Source: an uncultured Planctomycetota bacterium
Lineage (GTDB): Bacteria > Planctomycetota > Planctomycetia > Isosphaerales > Isosphaeraceae
Direction of reading: 5' to 3'
Assembly: GCA_963845755.1 (NCBI GenBank)
Contig: CAWJTV010000005.1
Span: forward strand, 128,001-192,000
Length of the DNA: 64,000 nt
Part shown: one piece after another, positions 31,387-40,859 of the stretch
How the letters are laid out: every line of letters starts with the position of its first letter
Position numbering within the stretch: the stretch's first letter is position 1
Translations under genes and position numbers: made by a program
The notes under the pieces: generated by a model
What the model saw: only the letters and a program-made list of their open reading frames with translations
Database searches by the model: none
Told to the model about the DNA's origin: nothing

Positions 31387-34074
31387 GTGATGCTCGGGCG
31401 ACGTCGATTGGCAGGTCCGCTGATCCCCGCGGCAACCTTGCTGGCCCTTGCCGCAATGTGCTTCGCTCGACTGATCGTCGAGCCCGGGGGCCTGATCGCC
31501 GATGGCCATCGGCCCAGCGTTGACTATGCCAATCGAGGCGATCCGCGTCCCATCGGCAACGACCTGGTTTTCTTGTTCCTCCCGCATCACTGGGCGATCG
31601 GCCAACGTTTCGCCCAGTTCGGCCACTGGCCGGTCTGGGACGCGCACGGATTCGGGGGCCGTCCCTTCAGTGGCAACCCGCAAGGCGGAATGTTCTATCC
31701 TCCGGTCTGGGCGGCATGGCTACTGCAAACCCCTTCTGCGCTCGGCTGGCTGACCGTCGCCCATCTCCTCGGGGGGGGAGCAGGAGTATACGTGCTCGTC
31801 CGGGCAATGGGCCAAGGCCGATGGGCGGCGACGGTTGCTGCCGGCGTCTATCAGGCATCGCCGCTCTTGATGGCCCACACTCTCGAGGGACATTACCCAC
31901 ATATCTGGGCCGCCTGCTGGTATCCCTGGGCGTTCTGGGCGTTCCACGACTGGCGCTATGGCCGTGTTCGGGGACTACTGCTCTTACCGCCGATCCTGAC
32001 TTTGACATATCTGACCGGCCATCCGCAGGAGTGGTTGCTCCTGGTCCTGGCCTTGTCGATCTACTCGATTGTTGGTTTTGGGTCCTGGATTATGAACTTG
32101 GAGGTTGTTCGAAGGTGTCTCTGTCGTTCCACTGCCGTGATCCTGATTCCAGCATCCAGAGAGCGGTCACCTTTTCGACAGCTCGCGGGCTGGTTCGCGA
32201 TCCTGGCTCTCTCGATCGGCATGGCGGCGGTGGAAGTCGTACCTCAGGTGGCGGTTCGCCCCTGGCTGCGCCGGAATCATGATCCCGCGCTGGAGGCCGG
32301 CATTCCTCATCGCTACCACGTGGGCGGCCTGAACCTCTTTCAGTTGGTCAGCCCGACTGCGCTAGGGGGGCCATCCGACTACTTCGGCGACGACAATTAC
32401 TGGGAGACAATCTTCTCGATCGGGCTCGTGGCCCTGACGCTCGTGGTGATCGCAGTGGCTCGCCATCCCGATCGTCACCTTGTCCGGGGTTGGCTCATCC
32501 TGGCCGGCCTGACCATCGCGTTTGCCGCCGGGAGATCCCTGGGTCTGTATCCGTTGTTTTATTCCTCGATTCCTGGGATGGCCTGGTTCCGCGTGCCGGC
32601 CCGTTCCTTATTTCTTGCGAACTTGGCCGCCGCGGTGCTCGCCGGGCTCGGAATCGAGACGCTCCGTGTAAGGATAGCCGACACCGCCTCCTGGCGGCGA
32701 TTCGCCATCCGAATCGCGCTGGCGTCGGTCATCCTGGTGAGTCTTCTCATGCTCATCCGGTACGGGCGTGTGCCCAGCCAGGATGCCGGTCCTCGCTCCC
32801 ATCGGATCGATCTCACGATCGAATCCTCATCACGTTTGAATTTGCTGTCTGCACCAGCCGTGCCGCCTCCATCACAGCGAACGGCACTTGCATCGGCTCG
32901 CGTGCTTCAGGATGGAGGCTTCTGGTTTGCGATGTTGAGCATGGGAACACTGGCCGTCTTGGGATGCCAGCCCTTATGCGACCGCGATCGACAGCATCTC
33001 GGCGGCCTGTTCGGCCTGGTCGCGCTGATCGAGCTGGGCTGGTCGGGATTTGCGCTGATCCCGGTCACGCCGGCGGCGAGGTTTGTGGGTCCGGATCCGA
33101 TCAGTGCAAAGCTCACCGACGATAATCCGAACGTCAACGGTTCCTCGAAGTGTTCCCCTGCCCGCTACCCTCCCGCACGGATCAAGGCGCGCGATTCGTA
33201 CTTCGGCGATCTGCCCGCGGTCGTTCACGGCATCGAGAAGACGAACGTGGACGACGCCTTTCAGCTCGACCATGCTTCGGTTCTCTACGAGACCCTCTAC
33301 CCTATCGCATCACGGGTCCGTCCGATGTCGGAACGGTTGCTGAGCCCTTCGGCCAAGGGCGCCTGGCAACGAATACGCCAGGCGGTCTTCGACCGGCTGA
33401 GCGTCACGCACATCGTCTCGGATCGGGTTGAGCTGGACCCGGGCTGGCCGGTCGTCGATGAGGGCACATGGAACGATTCGCAATTCGTGATCCAGCGTAA
33501 TCCGACAGCCATGCCGCGCGCCTATGTCGTCCCCCGCGCGACGTTCCTCCCCGATCACCCGGGCGTCGTGCTGACTTCTTTCAGCGATCTCGACCCGCAT
33601 GCCTCGGTCGTGATGAGTGCGGACCCACTGGATTCTCTGCCGACCTGGCCTCGTCAGCCGTTCACTCCGGCAGAATGGACCTCAGACGATCCCGACCACC
33701 CTGCCCTGCGAGTGACGACCCTCGCCCCCGGTCTGCTGGTCGTGGCGGATACCTGGATGCCCGGCTGGACGTCGACTGTCGACGGCCACGAGGCCACCGT
33801 TCTGCGCGGCAACCAGTCCCAGCGCGTGATCCCCCTGCCCGGGCCCGGCCGTCACACGATTGTCATGGAATACAAGCCTCCTGGCTGGATCTCCGGTTGT
33901 GTGATTACGGTCCTTAGTTTCATGGGCTGGGTCGTGATCGCGGGATTCCTCGTGAGCCGCGATCGAACAGCTTGCCAGAGCCGGTCTACGCCCCTTCTGC
34001 GCAGGCGACGAGCGTTGAAGCATGGCGTGCTTCATGGACGTTCCATCTCGAACAAGTCAATACTGCGGCAGTAG
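31387..34074 (+). CDS. YfhO-family (GT-C fold) membrane protein
   Basis: GHWPVWD..FGGRPFSGNPQ.GMFYP, GHPQ, FRVPAR, AMPRA, LLVVADTWMPGW...VDG. Confidence 0.88.
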   Translation: MMLGRRRLAGPLIPAATLLALAAMCFARLIVEPGGLIADGHRPSVDYANRGDPRPIGNDLVFLFLPHHWAIGQRFAQFGHWPVWDAHGFGGRPFSGNPQGGMFYPPVWAAWLLQTPSALGWLTVAHLLGGGAGVYVLVRAMGQGRWAATVAAGVYQASPLLMAHTLEGHYPHIWAACWYPWAFWAFHDWRYGRVRGLLLLPPILTLTYLTGHPQEWLLLVLALSIYSIVGFGSWIMNLEVVRRCLCRSTAVILIPASRERSPFRQLAGWFAILALSIGMAAVEVVPQVAVRPWLRRNHDPALEAGIPHRYHVGGLNLFQLVSPTALGGPSDYFGDDNYWETIFSIGLVALTLVVIAVARHPDRHLVRGWLILAGLTIAFAAGRSLGLYPLFYSSIPGMAWFRVPARSLFLANLAAAVLAGLGIETLRVRIADTASWRRFAIRIALASVILVSLLMLIRYGRVPSQDAGPRSHRIDLTIESSSRLNLLSAPAVPPPSQRTALASARVLQDGGFWFAMLSMGTLAVLGCQPLCDRDRQHLGGLFGLVALIELGWSGFALIPVTPAARFVGPDPISAKLTDDNPNVNGSSKCSPARYPPARIKARDSYFGDLPAVVHGIEKTNVDDAFQLDHASVLYETLYPIASRVRPMSERLLSPSAKGAWQRIRQAVFDRLSVTHIVSDRVELDPGWPVVDEGTWNDSQFVIQRNPTAMPRAYVVPRATFLPDHPGVVLTSFSDLDPHASVVMSADPLDSLPTWPRQPFTPAEWTSDDPDHPALRVTTLAPGLLVVADTWMPGWTSTVDGHEATVLRGNQSQRVIPLPGPGRHTIVMEYKPPGWISGCVITVLSFMGWVVIAGFLVSRDRTACQSRSTPLLRRRRALKHGVLHGRSISNKSILRQ

Positions 34075-34637
34075 TCGCTCCCGCCGAGGCGGGCGATCGT
34101 CTTGAGCTTGCGGGGATCGACTCGACCGGATGGGTCGAGCACAGCGTCGTCGATGTGGAGGAGCAGGACCTCGCCAATCACGAGGTTGGCCGCGATTGGT
34201 CCGTCTCCAATTGAGATGAGCTGACGCATGCGACATTCCAGGTGGACGGGCGACTCGGCCACGCGCGGTGGGCAGACCTTGATCGATGGCTGGATCGTTA
34301 GCCCAGCAAATTCGGCCTCACTCTGACCACGAGGTAGTTCCTTCGCGGTCGCGTTCATCTGAGTGGCGAGGTCTTCCACAGCCGCGTTCAGGACGAACTC
34401 CGGCACGATCTCCAAGTTGATCAGCGTGTCCTTCTTCGAGCCATCACGTCGCAGCGTGGGGGAGAAGACGACAATCGGCGGATTGGCGCCAAACGCGTTG
34501 AAGAAGCTGAACGGTGCGAGATTCACCCGGCCCTCGTTGTCGATCGTAGTCACCCATGCGATCGGGCGAGGCGTTACCACTCCGACCAACGCCTGGTAGA
34601 CTGTCACGACATCCGTGGAGGCGACATCGATCTGCAT
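34032..34637 (-). CDS. Flavin reductase family protein (DIM6/NTAB)
   Basis: VTPRPIAWVTT, NLAPFSFFN, KDTLIN, ESPVHLEC, IARLGG. Confidence 0.92.
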   Translation of the reverse strand: MQIDVASTDVVTVYQALVGVVTPRPIAWVTTIDNEGRVNLAPFSFFNAFGANPPIVVFSPTLRRDGSKKDTLINLEIVPEFVLNAAVEDLATQMNATAKELPRGQSEAEFAGLTIQPSIKVCPPRVAESPVHLECRMRQLISIGDGPIAANLVIGEVLLLHIDDAVLDPSGRVDPRKLKTIARLGGSDYCRSIDLFEMERP

Positions 34638-35808
34638 CTAATCGATCCAACTCAAAGGGTAGGAGGGGTCGTCGAGTTGCATGGCCTCCTGCGTCAGCCG
34701 GAGCGGACGGACGGTATCAACCATGACGGCCAGCTCGTCGGTTCGCACCAGTTCCCGACTGGCGTCGATGGTGCCGGGGTGTGGCCCGTGAGGGATGCCG
34801 CGGGGATGGAGCGTGATCGACGACGCCTCGATGCCCCGCCGGCTGCCGAACCGCCCACGGACGTAATACAACACCTCATCGGCCTGGACGTTGGAATGGG
34901 CATAGGGGACCTTGATCGCCTCGGGATGCGTATCGAGCATCCGCGGCGCGAAAGTGCAGAGCACGAAGCCCCGTGACTCGAACGTCTGGTGCACGGGAGG
35001 AGGTTGGTGAACCGTGCCGGTGATCGGCTCGAAGTTCTCGGCGTTGAACGTGTAAGGGTAGACCATCCCGTCCCAGCCGACGACATCGAATGGGTGGCTG
35101 GCCAAAGTGTAGTGAGTTAGTCGCCGTCCGTCCTTGATGAGAACGGGCGTCTCTTCCTCCCGGTCAACGACGCCGAGCTCGCGCGGGCCGTGCAAGTCGC
35201 GCTCGCTATAGGGTGCACCCAGTCGAATCTGCCCGTCCGAGTTGAGATATCGGGCCGGGATCGAGATGTTCCCAGCCGCTTCGATGACGAGGAGATCCGG
35301 TTCGGAACTTGAGTCGAACTCGAGCCGATAAGTCGTACATCGAGGGATGACAATATAATCGAGCGCGCGGAACGCCAACGGCCCGAATAGCGTCTGTAAC
35401 GTACCACGACCGGCGTGGACGAAGACAACCTCGTCGGCGTCGGCGTTGCGGAATAACAGGTCCTGCGGCTTCTCGGGGCGACATCGCGCGAGGATCACGT
35501 CATCGTTGCCGAGGAGGGGGACGCGGCCGGTGATCGGGTCGCCGGCGCGGGGGATGGACCCGGTCTTCAGATGATGATGACGCAGCGCGGGCTCCTCGCC
35601 GAGGTCCAAAGCAACGTTACCGGCCGGCTCGAGCCGGAGCACCGCGGGTCGGTGGGCGAAGGTGGTAGACCAAGCTATAGGCCCGCGAAAACCCGGCAAG
35701 CGTCACGACCTCTTCATAGTAGATCCCCTCACTCCGGAAGCCTGGTAACTGAGGATGGGCAATGTGCCGCTTGCGCGGGATCGATCCGAGTCGCAAATAG
35801 GGCGGCAT
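34638..35808 (-). CDS. hmgA: Homogentisate 1,2-dioxygenase (frameshift ~35650)
   Basis: MPPYLRLGSIPRKRH, FRNADADE, HPFDVVGWDG, HQPPPVHQTF, PYAHSNVQADE, LHPRGIPHGP. Confidence 0.92.
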
Positions 35809-35900
35809 GGGACTCTCTCCTTCCAGGTGCTGCCGGTGCGCGTCGGGAAGTTTCGGATCACCCGGTTTTTCCCACACCCACCGCACGCCACCCGTCAACA

Positions 35901-36614
35901 TCAGGGATGCGCGACGACACGATTCCGCAAGGTCCCGAGTCGCTCGATCGTCAGCTCGACAAGATCGCCGGGCTTGAGCCACCCCCCTGCCCGTTCGGGC
36001 GTCAACTCGAGGATGCAGCCCGTGCCGACGGTTCCGGAGCCGATCACGTCGCCGGATCGGAGCGTTGTATCCCGGCTGGCGTGTGCGAGCAACTGGGGCC
36101 AGGTCCAGTACATGGTCCCGGAGTCGCCCGTTGAGAGCAAGTGTCCGTTGACGCTCGCCTTCATTTCCAGGTGGAACCGGCCGTCGCGGTATCGATCGGC
36201 CAACTCGTCGAAAGTCACGAGCTCGGGACCGAGCGAGGTCGCGAAGTCTTTCCCTTTACTGGGGCCAAGGCCGACGGCCATCTCGATGCGCTGAAGGTCG
36301 CGGGCACTCCAGTCGTTCATGATCGTCCAGCCAGCGACGACGTCGAGTGCATGGTCATCGTCCGGAAGGTCTCGGACTTCGCGGCCGATCACGCAGGCCA
36401 ACTCCAGTTCGTAATCCAATGCCTGGCTACCCCGGGGCGCATGAACCTCCGCCTCGTGGCCGATCAGCCCCGCCGGGTTGGAGAAATAGAACACCGGCAC
36501 CTGATACCACTGAGGGACCATATCGAGCCCGCGGTGGCGCCGGCACGTCGCCACATGCTGCTCGAATGCGTAGAAGTCTCGAATGCCCGTAATTGGGGGA
36601 AGTGGTTGTCGCAT
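35901..36614 (-). CDS. Fumarylacetoacetate hydrolase family protein
   Basis: RDFYAFEQHV, PVFYFSN, LDYELE, NDWSARDLQ, KGKDF, GSGTVG. Confidence 0.92.
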   Translation of the reverse strand: MRQPLPPITGIRDFYAFEQHVATCRRHRGLDMVPQWYQVPVFYFSNPAGLIGHEAEVHAPRGSQALDYELELACVIGREVRDLPDDDHALDVVAGWTIMNDWSARDLQRIEMAVGLGPSKGKDFATSLGPELVTFDELADRYRDGRFHLEMKASVNGHLLSTGDSGTMYWTWPQLLAHASRDTTLRSGDVIGSGTVGTGCILELTPERAGGWLKPGDLVELTIERLGTLRNRVVAHP

Positions 36615-36679
36615 GGGTGCGCCCCAGTATTCAGCGTTCAGTATTTCGAGTCACTTTGCAGACTGAACACCGAAAACTG

Positions 36680-37786
36680 TTACAGCGTTCCCCGCCGTGC
36701 CTGCTCGCGCTCGATGGCCTCGAATAGCGCCTTGAAGTTTCCTTTGCCGAAGCTCTTCGCTCCGCGGCGCTGGATGATCTCGAAGAACAGGGTCGGCCGG
36801 TCTTCGACCGGTTTGGTGAAGATCTGGAGCAAATAGCCCTCGTCATCGCGATCCACGAGGATGCCGAGGTCGGCGAGCTCTCTCAAGTCCTCGCGGATCG
36901 TGCCGACACGTTCCGGCAGCAACTCATAGTACGCGGGGGGTACCCTGAGGAACGAGACGTCGTTGGCGGCCATGGCGCGGACGCTAGCGATGATGTCTCC
37001 AGTCGCCAGCGCGATGTGCTGCACGCCAGGTCCGCCGTAGTAGTCGAGGAACTCCTCGATCTGGGACCGGCGGCGGCCGTGTGCGGGCTCGTTGATCGGG
37101 AACTTGATCCGACCCCGGCCGTCGGCGACGACCTTCGACATCAGGGCCGAGTAGTCGGTGGAGATGTCTTTATCGTCGAAGCTCACGAGCAGCGAGAAAC
37201 CCATGACCTTGCTGTAGTAATCGACCCAGTCCCCCATCCTGCCTTCTTCCACGTTTGCGACGACGTGGTCGATCGCCTTGAGCCCGACCGGGTGGAACGT
37301 GCGAGGGCTGTAACGGTCCGGGTCGAGTGGCTGGAAACCAGGTGCGAAGACGCCGTGATACCGCGAGCGGTCCATCAGCGTGTGCGTGGTGTCTCCATAG
37401 GCATGGATCTCGGCAAATTCATAGGCACCGAACTCGTCTTCGATCGTTTGGGGCGGCGTGGCGGCCTTGGCCCCGCGCGCCACGGCGGCCTCGAATGCCG
37501 CCGGCACATCGTTGACTTCTAGGGCGATCGACTGTACTCCGTCACCGTGATCGATCAGACGAGAGGCGTCGGGATGATCGGCACGCAACGGCGAGGCTAA
37601 TACAAATGTAATATGCCCCTGGCGGAGCACGTAACACGCCTCATGCCGCACGCCGGTCTCGAGCCCCGAATATCCGATGACGTCGAACCCGAACGCGTTC
37701 CTGTAGAAGTACGCGGATTGACGCGCATTGCCCACGAACATTCGTACGTGATCGATACACTTCAATGTCAGAGCATCGGTACTCAT
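36680..37786 (-). CDS. hppD: 4-hydroxyphenylpyruvate dioxygenase
   Basis: IDHVVANV, KFPINEP, SQIEEFL, GVQHIAL, YLLQIFTKP..RPTLFFEIIQR..FGKGNFKALFEAIE. Confidence 0.96.
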   Translation of the reverse strand: MSTDALTLKCIDHVRMFVGNARQSAYFYRNAFGFDVIGYSGLETGVRHEACYVLRQGHITFVLASPLRADHPDASRLIDHGDGVQSIALEVNDVPAAFEAAVARGAKAATPPQTIEDEFGAYEFAEIHAYGDTTHTLMDRSRYHGVFAPGFQPLDPDRYSPRTFHPVGLKAIDHVVANVEEGRMGDWVDYYSKVMGFSLLVSFDDKDISTDYSALMSKVVADGRGRIKFPINEPAHGRRRSQIEEFLDYYGGPGVQHIALATGDIIASVRAMAANDVSFLRVPPAYYELLPERVGTIREDLRELADLGILVDRDDEGYLLQIFTKPVEDRPTLFFEIIQRRGAKSFGKGNFKALFEAIEREQARRGTL

Positions 37787-37920
37787 GGAAGGGGCCTCCC
37801 GACGCATGTCCTGTGGGCTTCACTCACCGAGTAAGAGCGTGGTCTTCCAGCGTCGCCTGGATGACCCCCGCCAGCACTCGCAGCAAGTCGGTGAGTCGCC
37901 CTCATTGTACGATCGATTCG

Positions 37921-38835
37921 TCAACCGACCACACCGTGGATCCGGTCGTCTTCCAGGCCTTCCCAGAACGTCGCGATTGTGTCGAGGACCTCCTGGGCAC
38001 CTTGGAAAAACTTGGCGTCGTCGAAGCGAGGATCGAAGAAGACGGATTCAAGCTCTTCCATGGTGTGGCCGGCATGTTGGGCTTCGACTCGGTTGTGCCA
38101 GGTGAAGAATGCGACTTTCAACCCGCGGAGCCGCGTCGCCTTGATGTGCAGCAGGCCATCTTCCAGCTCCTGCCAGAAACCGGCGGCGGCCCAGTTCTCC
38201 ACCGCGAAGCTGGCTCCCTCGGCGATCCGGTCGTCCTCGCTGCCGTAGAGGCGCTGGAGCTCGTCGCAGAAGTGAAGCGTATAGTCCCGACCATGGCGCC
38301 GCTTGCCCAGGTCGTCGAAACCCAGCCCGAGTGCCTCTCCGACGGCCAGCAGCCACTCGAAGTGCGCGGCTCGAAACCGGAAGAGGCCACCGTCCACCGT
38401 CCCTTCGGTACTGACCAGGTCCGGATCACCCTCACGGTCCCTCGAGTCCTCATCGTCAGCCGATCGTGCAGCACCCGAGGCACCCTCGGTCCGTCGATAG
38501 ATCACGCCTAGCTCGTTCATCAGGATCTCTTTGGCCGCCCGCGCCTGCTGGAGTGTCGGAGCATTGACCACACGCAAGAGCGCAGCAACCAGGAACTGAT
38601 TTGAAAAGACGGAGAACTGGCGTACAAAATGGGCCAGCTCCGCGTCTGTCGCCTCTCCCTCGCGGAACCATCGGGTGTAGGAGTTGTCCGTGATGATGCG
38701 GTGGTGGAGCAGGTCTCGTTCGACGTGATCGAGGAACTCACGGAAATCGTCAACTTGTTCCTTGGTCAATCCACCCTGATTGAGCCGCTGTTCGATGCGA
38801 GGCGAAACCAAGTCGTGATGCATTGCCGTCGTCAT
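37921..38835 (-). CDS. Heme-oxygenase-like diiron protein (TenA/PqqC/CADD superfamily)
   Basis: All-helical; candidate ligands NE, AAH, VE and H-x3-E-x2-H (WHNRVEAQH); C-terminal FWEGL. Confidence 0.7.
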   Translation of the reverse strand: MTTAMHHDLVSPRIEQRLNQGGLTKEQVDDFREFLDHVERDLLHHRIITDNSYTRWFREGEATDAELAHFVRQFSVFSNQFLVAALLRVVNAPTLQQARAAKEILMNELGVIYRRTEGASGAARSADDEDSRDREGDPDLVSTEGTVDGGLFRFRAAHFEWLLAVGEALGLGFDDLGKRRHGRDYTLHFCDELQRLYGSEDDRIAEGASFAVENWAAAGFWQELEDGLLHIKATRLRGLKVAFFTWHNRVEAQHAGHTMEELESVFFDPRFDDAKFFQGAQEVLDTIATFWEGLEDDRIHGVVG

Positions 38836-39073
38836 GAGACATCCCCTGGAGTTGTGAGTTGGTATGGGGGACTTGTCTCTCAATTCTAAGAGGCTGGCGC
38901 GATCGGGGTAGACCCATTCCGCAAAGATACTGTGATGTTACGAAGTCATTGGCTGCAAGCATCAATGGTAGCCTGATTCACTGCGCGTTCGCCTTTCAAG
39001 GCGATCCGGACCGTTTGACGTGTATCGTATCCGTCTCTGATCTCGGCTGGAGTCTGGTTTCGGAACGTCAAGT

Positions 39074-40235
39074 TCAAAGCGCGAAGTCTCCGGTCAGTTC
39101 GCCGATGGGCAATGGCTGCACGGATCGGTTGGGACCGCAAAGCGTCCAAACGCCACCGATGAAGAAAGAATAATCACGGCGGGGCAAGAATGGTGAGCCG
39201 TGCCGCGAGCCGAGGATCATGAAACTGAATACAAAGGCGGCCATGACGGCCTGCACCAGTAGGATCAGTAGGAAGCCGACAGTGAAAGTTGCCCACCCCG
39301 GCATGATCAGATCGGTCGCGAGTCGCACGATGACTGCAGCCAGAATCCCCCCCATGGTCAACAGGGCCAGAACCGCCGAGATGACCAAGAGCCTGACGCC
39401 GACGACGTCGCTATATACCGAGATCGCGCTTAAACCGTGCGTGACAAGAGCGACGAAATTCATGGACGACTCACCGCAAAGGCGCGTGCGAGCGGCTAGT
39501 CGGGATCAGGCAATGGGGCTGGCGGGATCGGATGACCGCAGCCGCATAGTGGTTCCAGAGCTCGGCCACGACGACCAGGCTGGAGAGACGCCGGCGCGGG
39601 ATCGCGCTGAAGTTGCCGACCCGAACCTTCTGGCCGGTGAGGAAGTAGTGGAGTAGCTTGTACAGGGCATAAAAGATCTGGAAGAAGAGGGATTCTGACC
39701 GACGCGTCCGCTCGGCGAAGACGATCCTGGTCTGACCGGACCCCTCGAGTTGATTCAACAGCCGGGGGACATCAGCCGGATCATCCTCGCCATCACCGTC
39801 CATGATCACGACGGCATCGGATCGGAGACAGTCCTCGATATATGCCAGGCCAATCGCGATCGCCCTCTGGTGCCCCAGGTTGCGCCTCAGGCGGAGGACA
39901 TCCACCCGCCGCACGGCGTGGAACGTCGGTTGCGCCGCAGGCGTTTCCGATTCGATGGTCGAACCATCGTCCACGACGAGCACCTCGGCCTCAAGACCTC
40001 GATCGGCCAGGGCCGAATCTAGCCGGGGCATCAGTTGCGCCAGCGAGGCCCAATCGTTGAAAACCGGGATCAGGATGATGATCGACCCCGCTTCGCTGCG
40101 GAGCCAACTCGGTGAGTGCACTCGTTCCGTTTCGTCCCCGAGCAGGGGAGGCATCTCCTCGCGCTCGGCTCCCTCGTGCGGGCCGGCCTCTGTCTCAGGA
40201 TGATCCATCCTGGCGATCCTTCGGCGACGTTCCAT
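39074..40235 (-). CDS. GT2 polyprenol-phosphate glycosyltransferase (GtrB/ArnC-like), frameshift ~39480
   Basis: IPVFND, VVDDGS, RNLGHQRAI..GL, MDGDGEDDP, two C-terminal TM helices. Confidence 0.9.
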
Positions 40236-40859
40236 GTCGGCCTCCCTTATTTCTCTGGGCCCGCTGCGATCATCGCGGCGGAATTCGAGGATGAGGAACA
40301 ACGGATCTAATAGCGTAGAATTATTATATATAAATTTTAATGTATTTTATTGAAAGGTCGGTCTCTCTCGCCACCATGTCGTCCTCGATTCAATTCATGG
40401 ACGTAGCGGGCCACTGTGTCCACTACAGTCGAAGTTTCGCTCCAGGTTCGAGGGGACAGTTGCTGATGGGCGACGAGATGAGGCGCACCGCCGGAAGCAG
40501 TCGAGCCTCGTTGATGCAGCGGGATAGCTCCCCGGGGCACCTCGAATCGGTCTTGGAAATCGGCCAGGGATTCCGGGTGCATCGCAACGACTCTCAGCGA
40601 GGGGACGTCTCGGGAGATGGGCGTTCATGTTGAAGCTCAATTCATCCGTGAAGGAGAGTGTCGAAGCATCCCATCCTGGAGTCACTCCTATACCGGTTCA
40701 GCCGCGAACAGACAAGCGGAACTCGACGATCTTGGAGTGCCCTGAGTGCACGTCAACCTGGGACGTCTCCAGCCGCGTTTCATCAACGTCGAGAGGAATC
40801 AGGGTCGATCGAGCAGCGAAGAGGCCCATGCATCCTGCGGAATGAGTCTGGATACATCA

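Noticed and set aside
34032..34074. 43-bp tail-to-tail overlap of the YfhO and flavin reductase genes
   Set aside because: Short convergent overlaps are common in GC-rich genomes.
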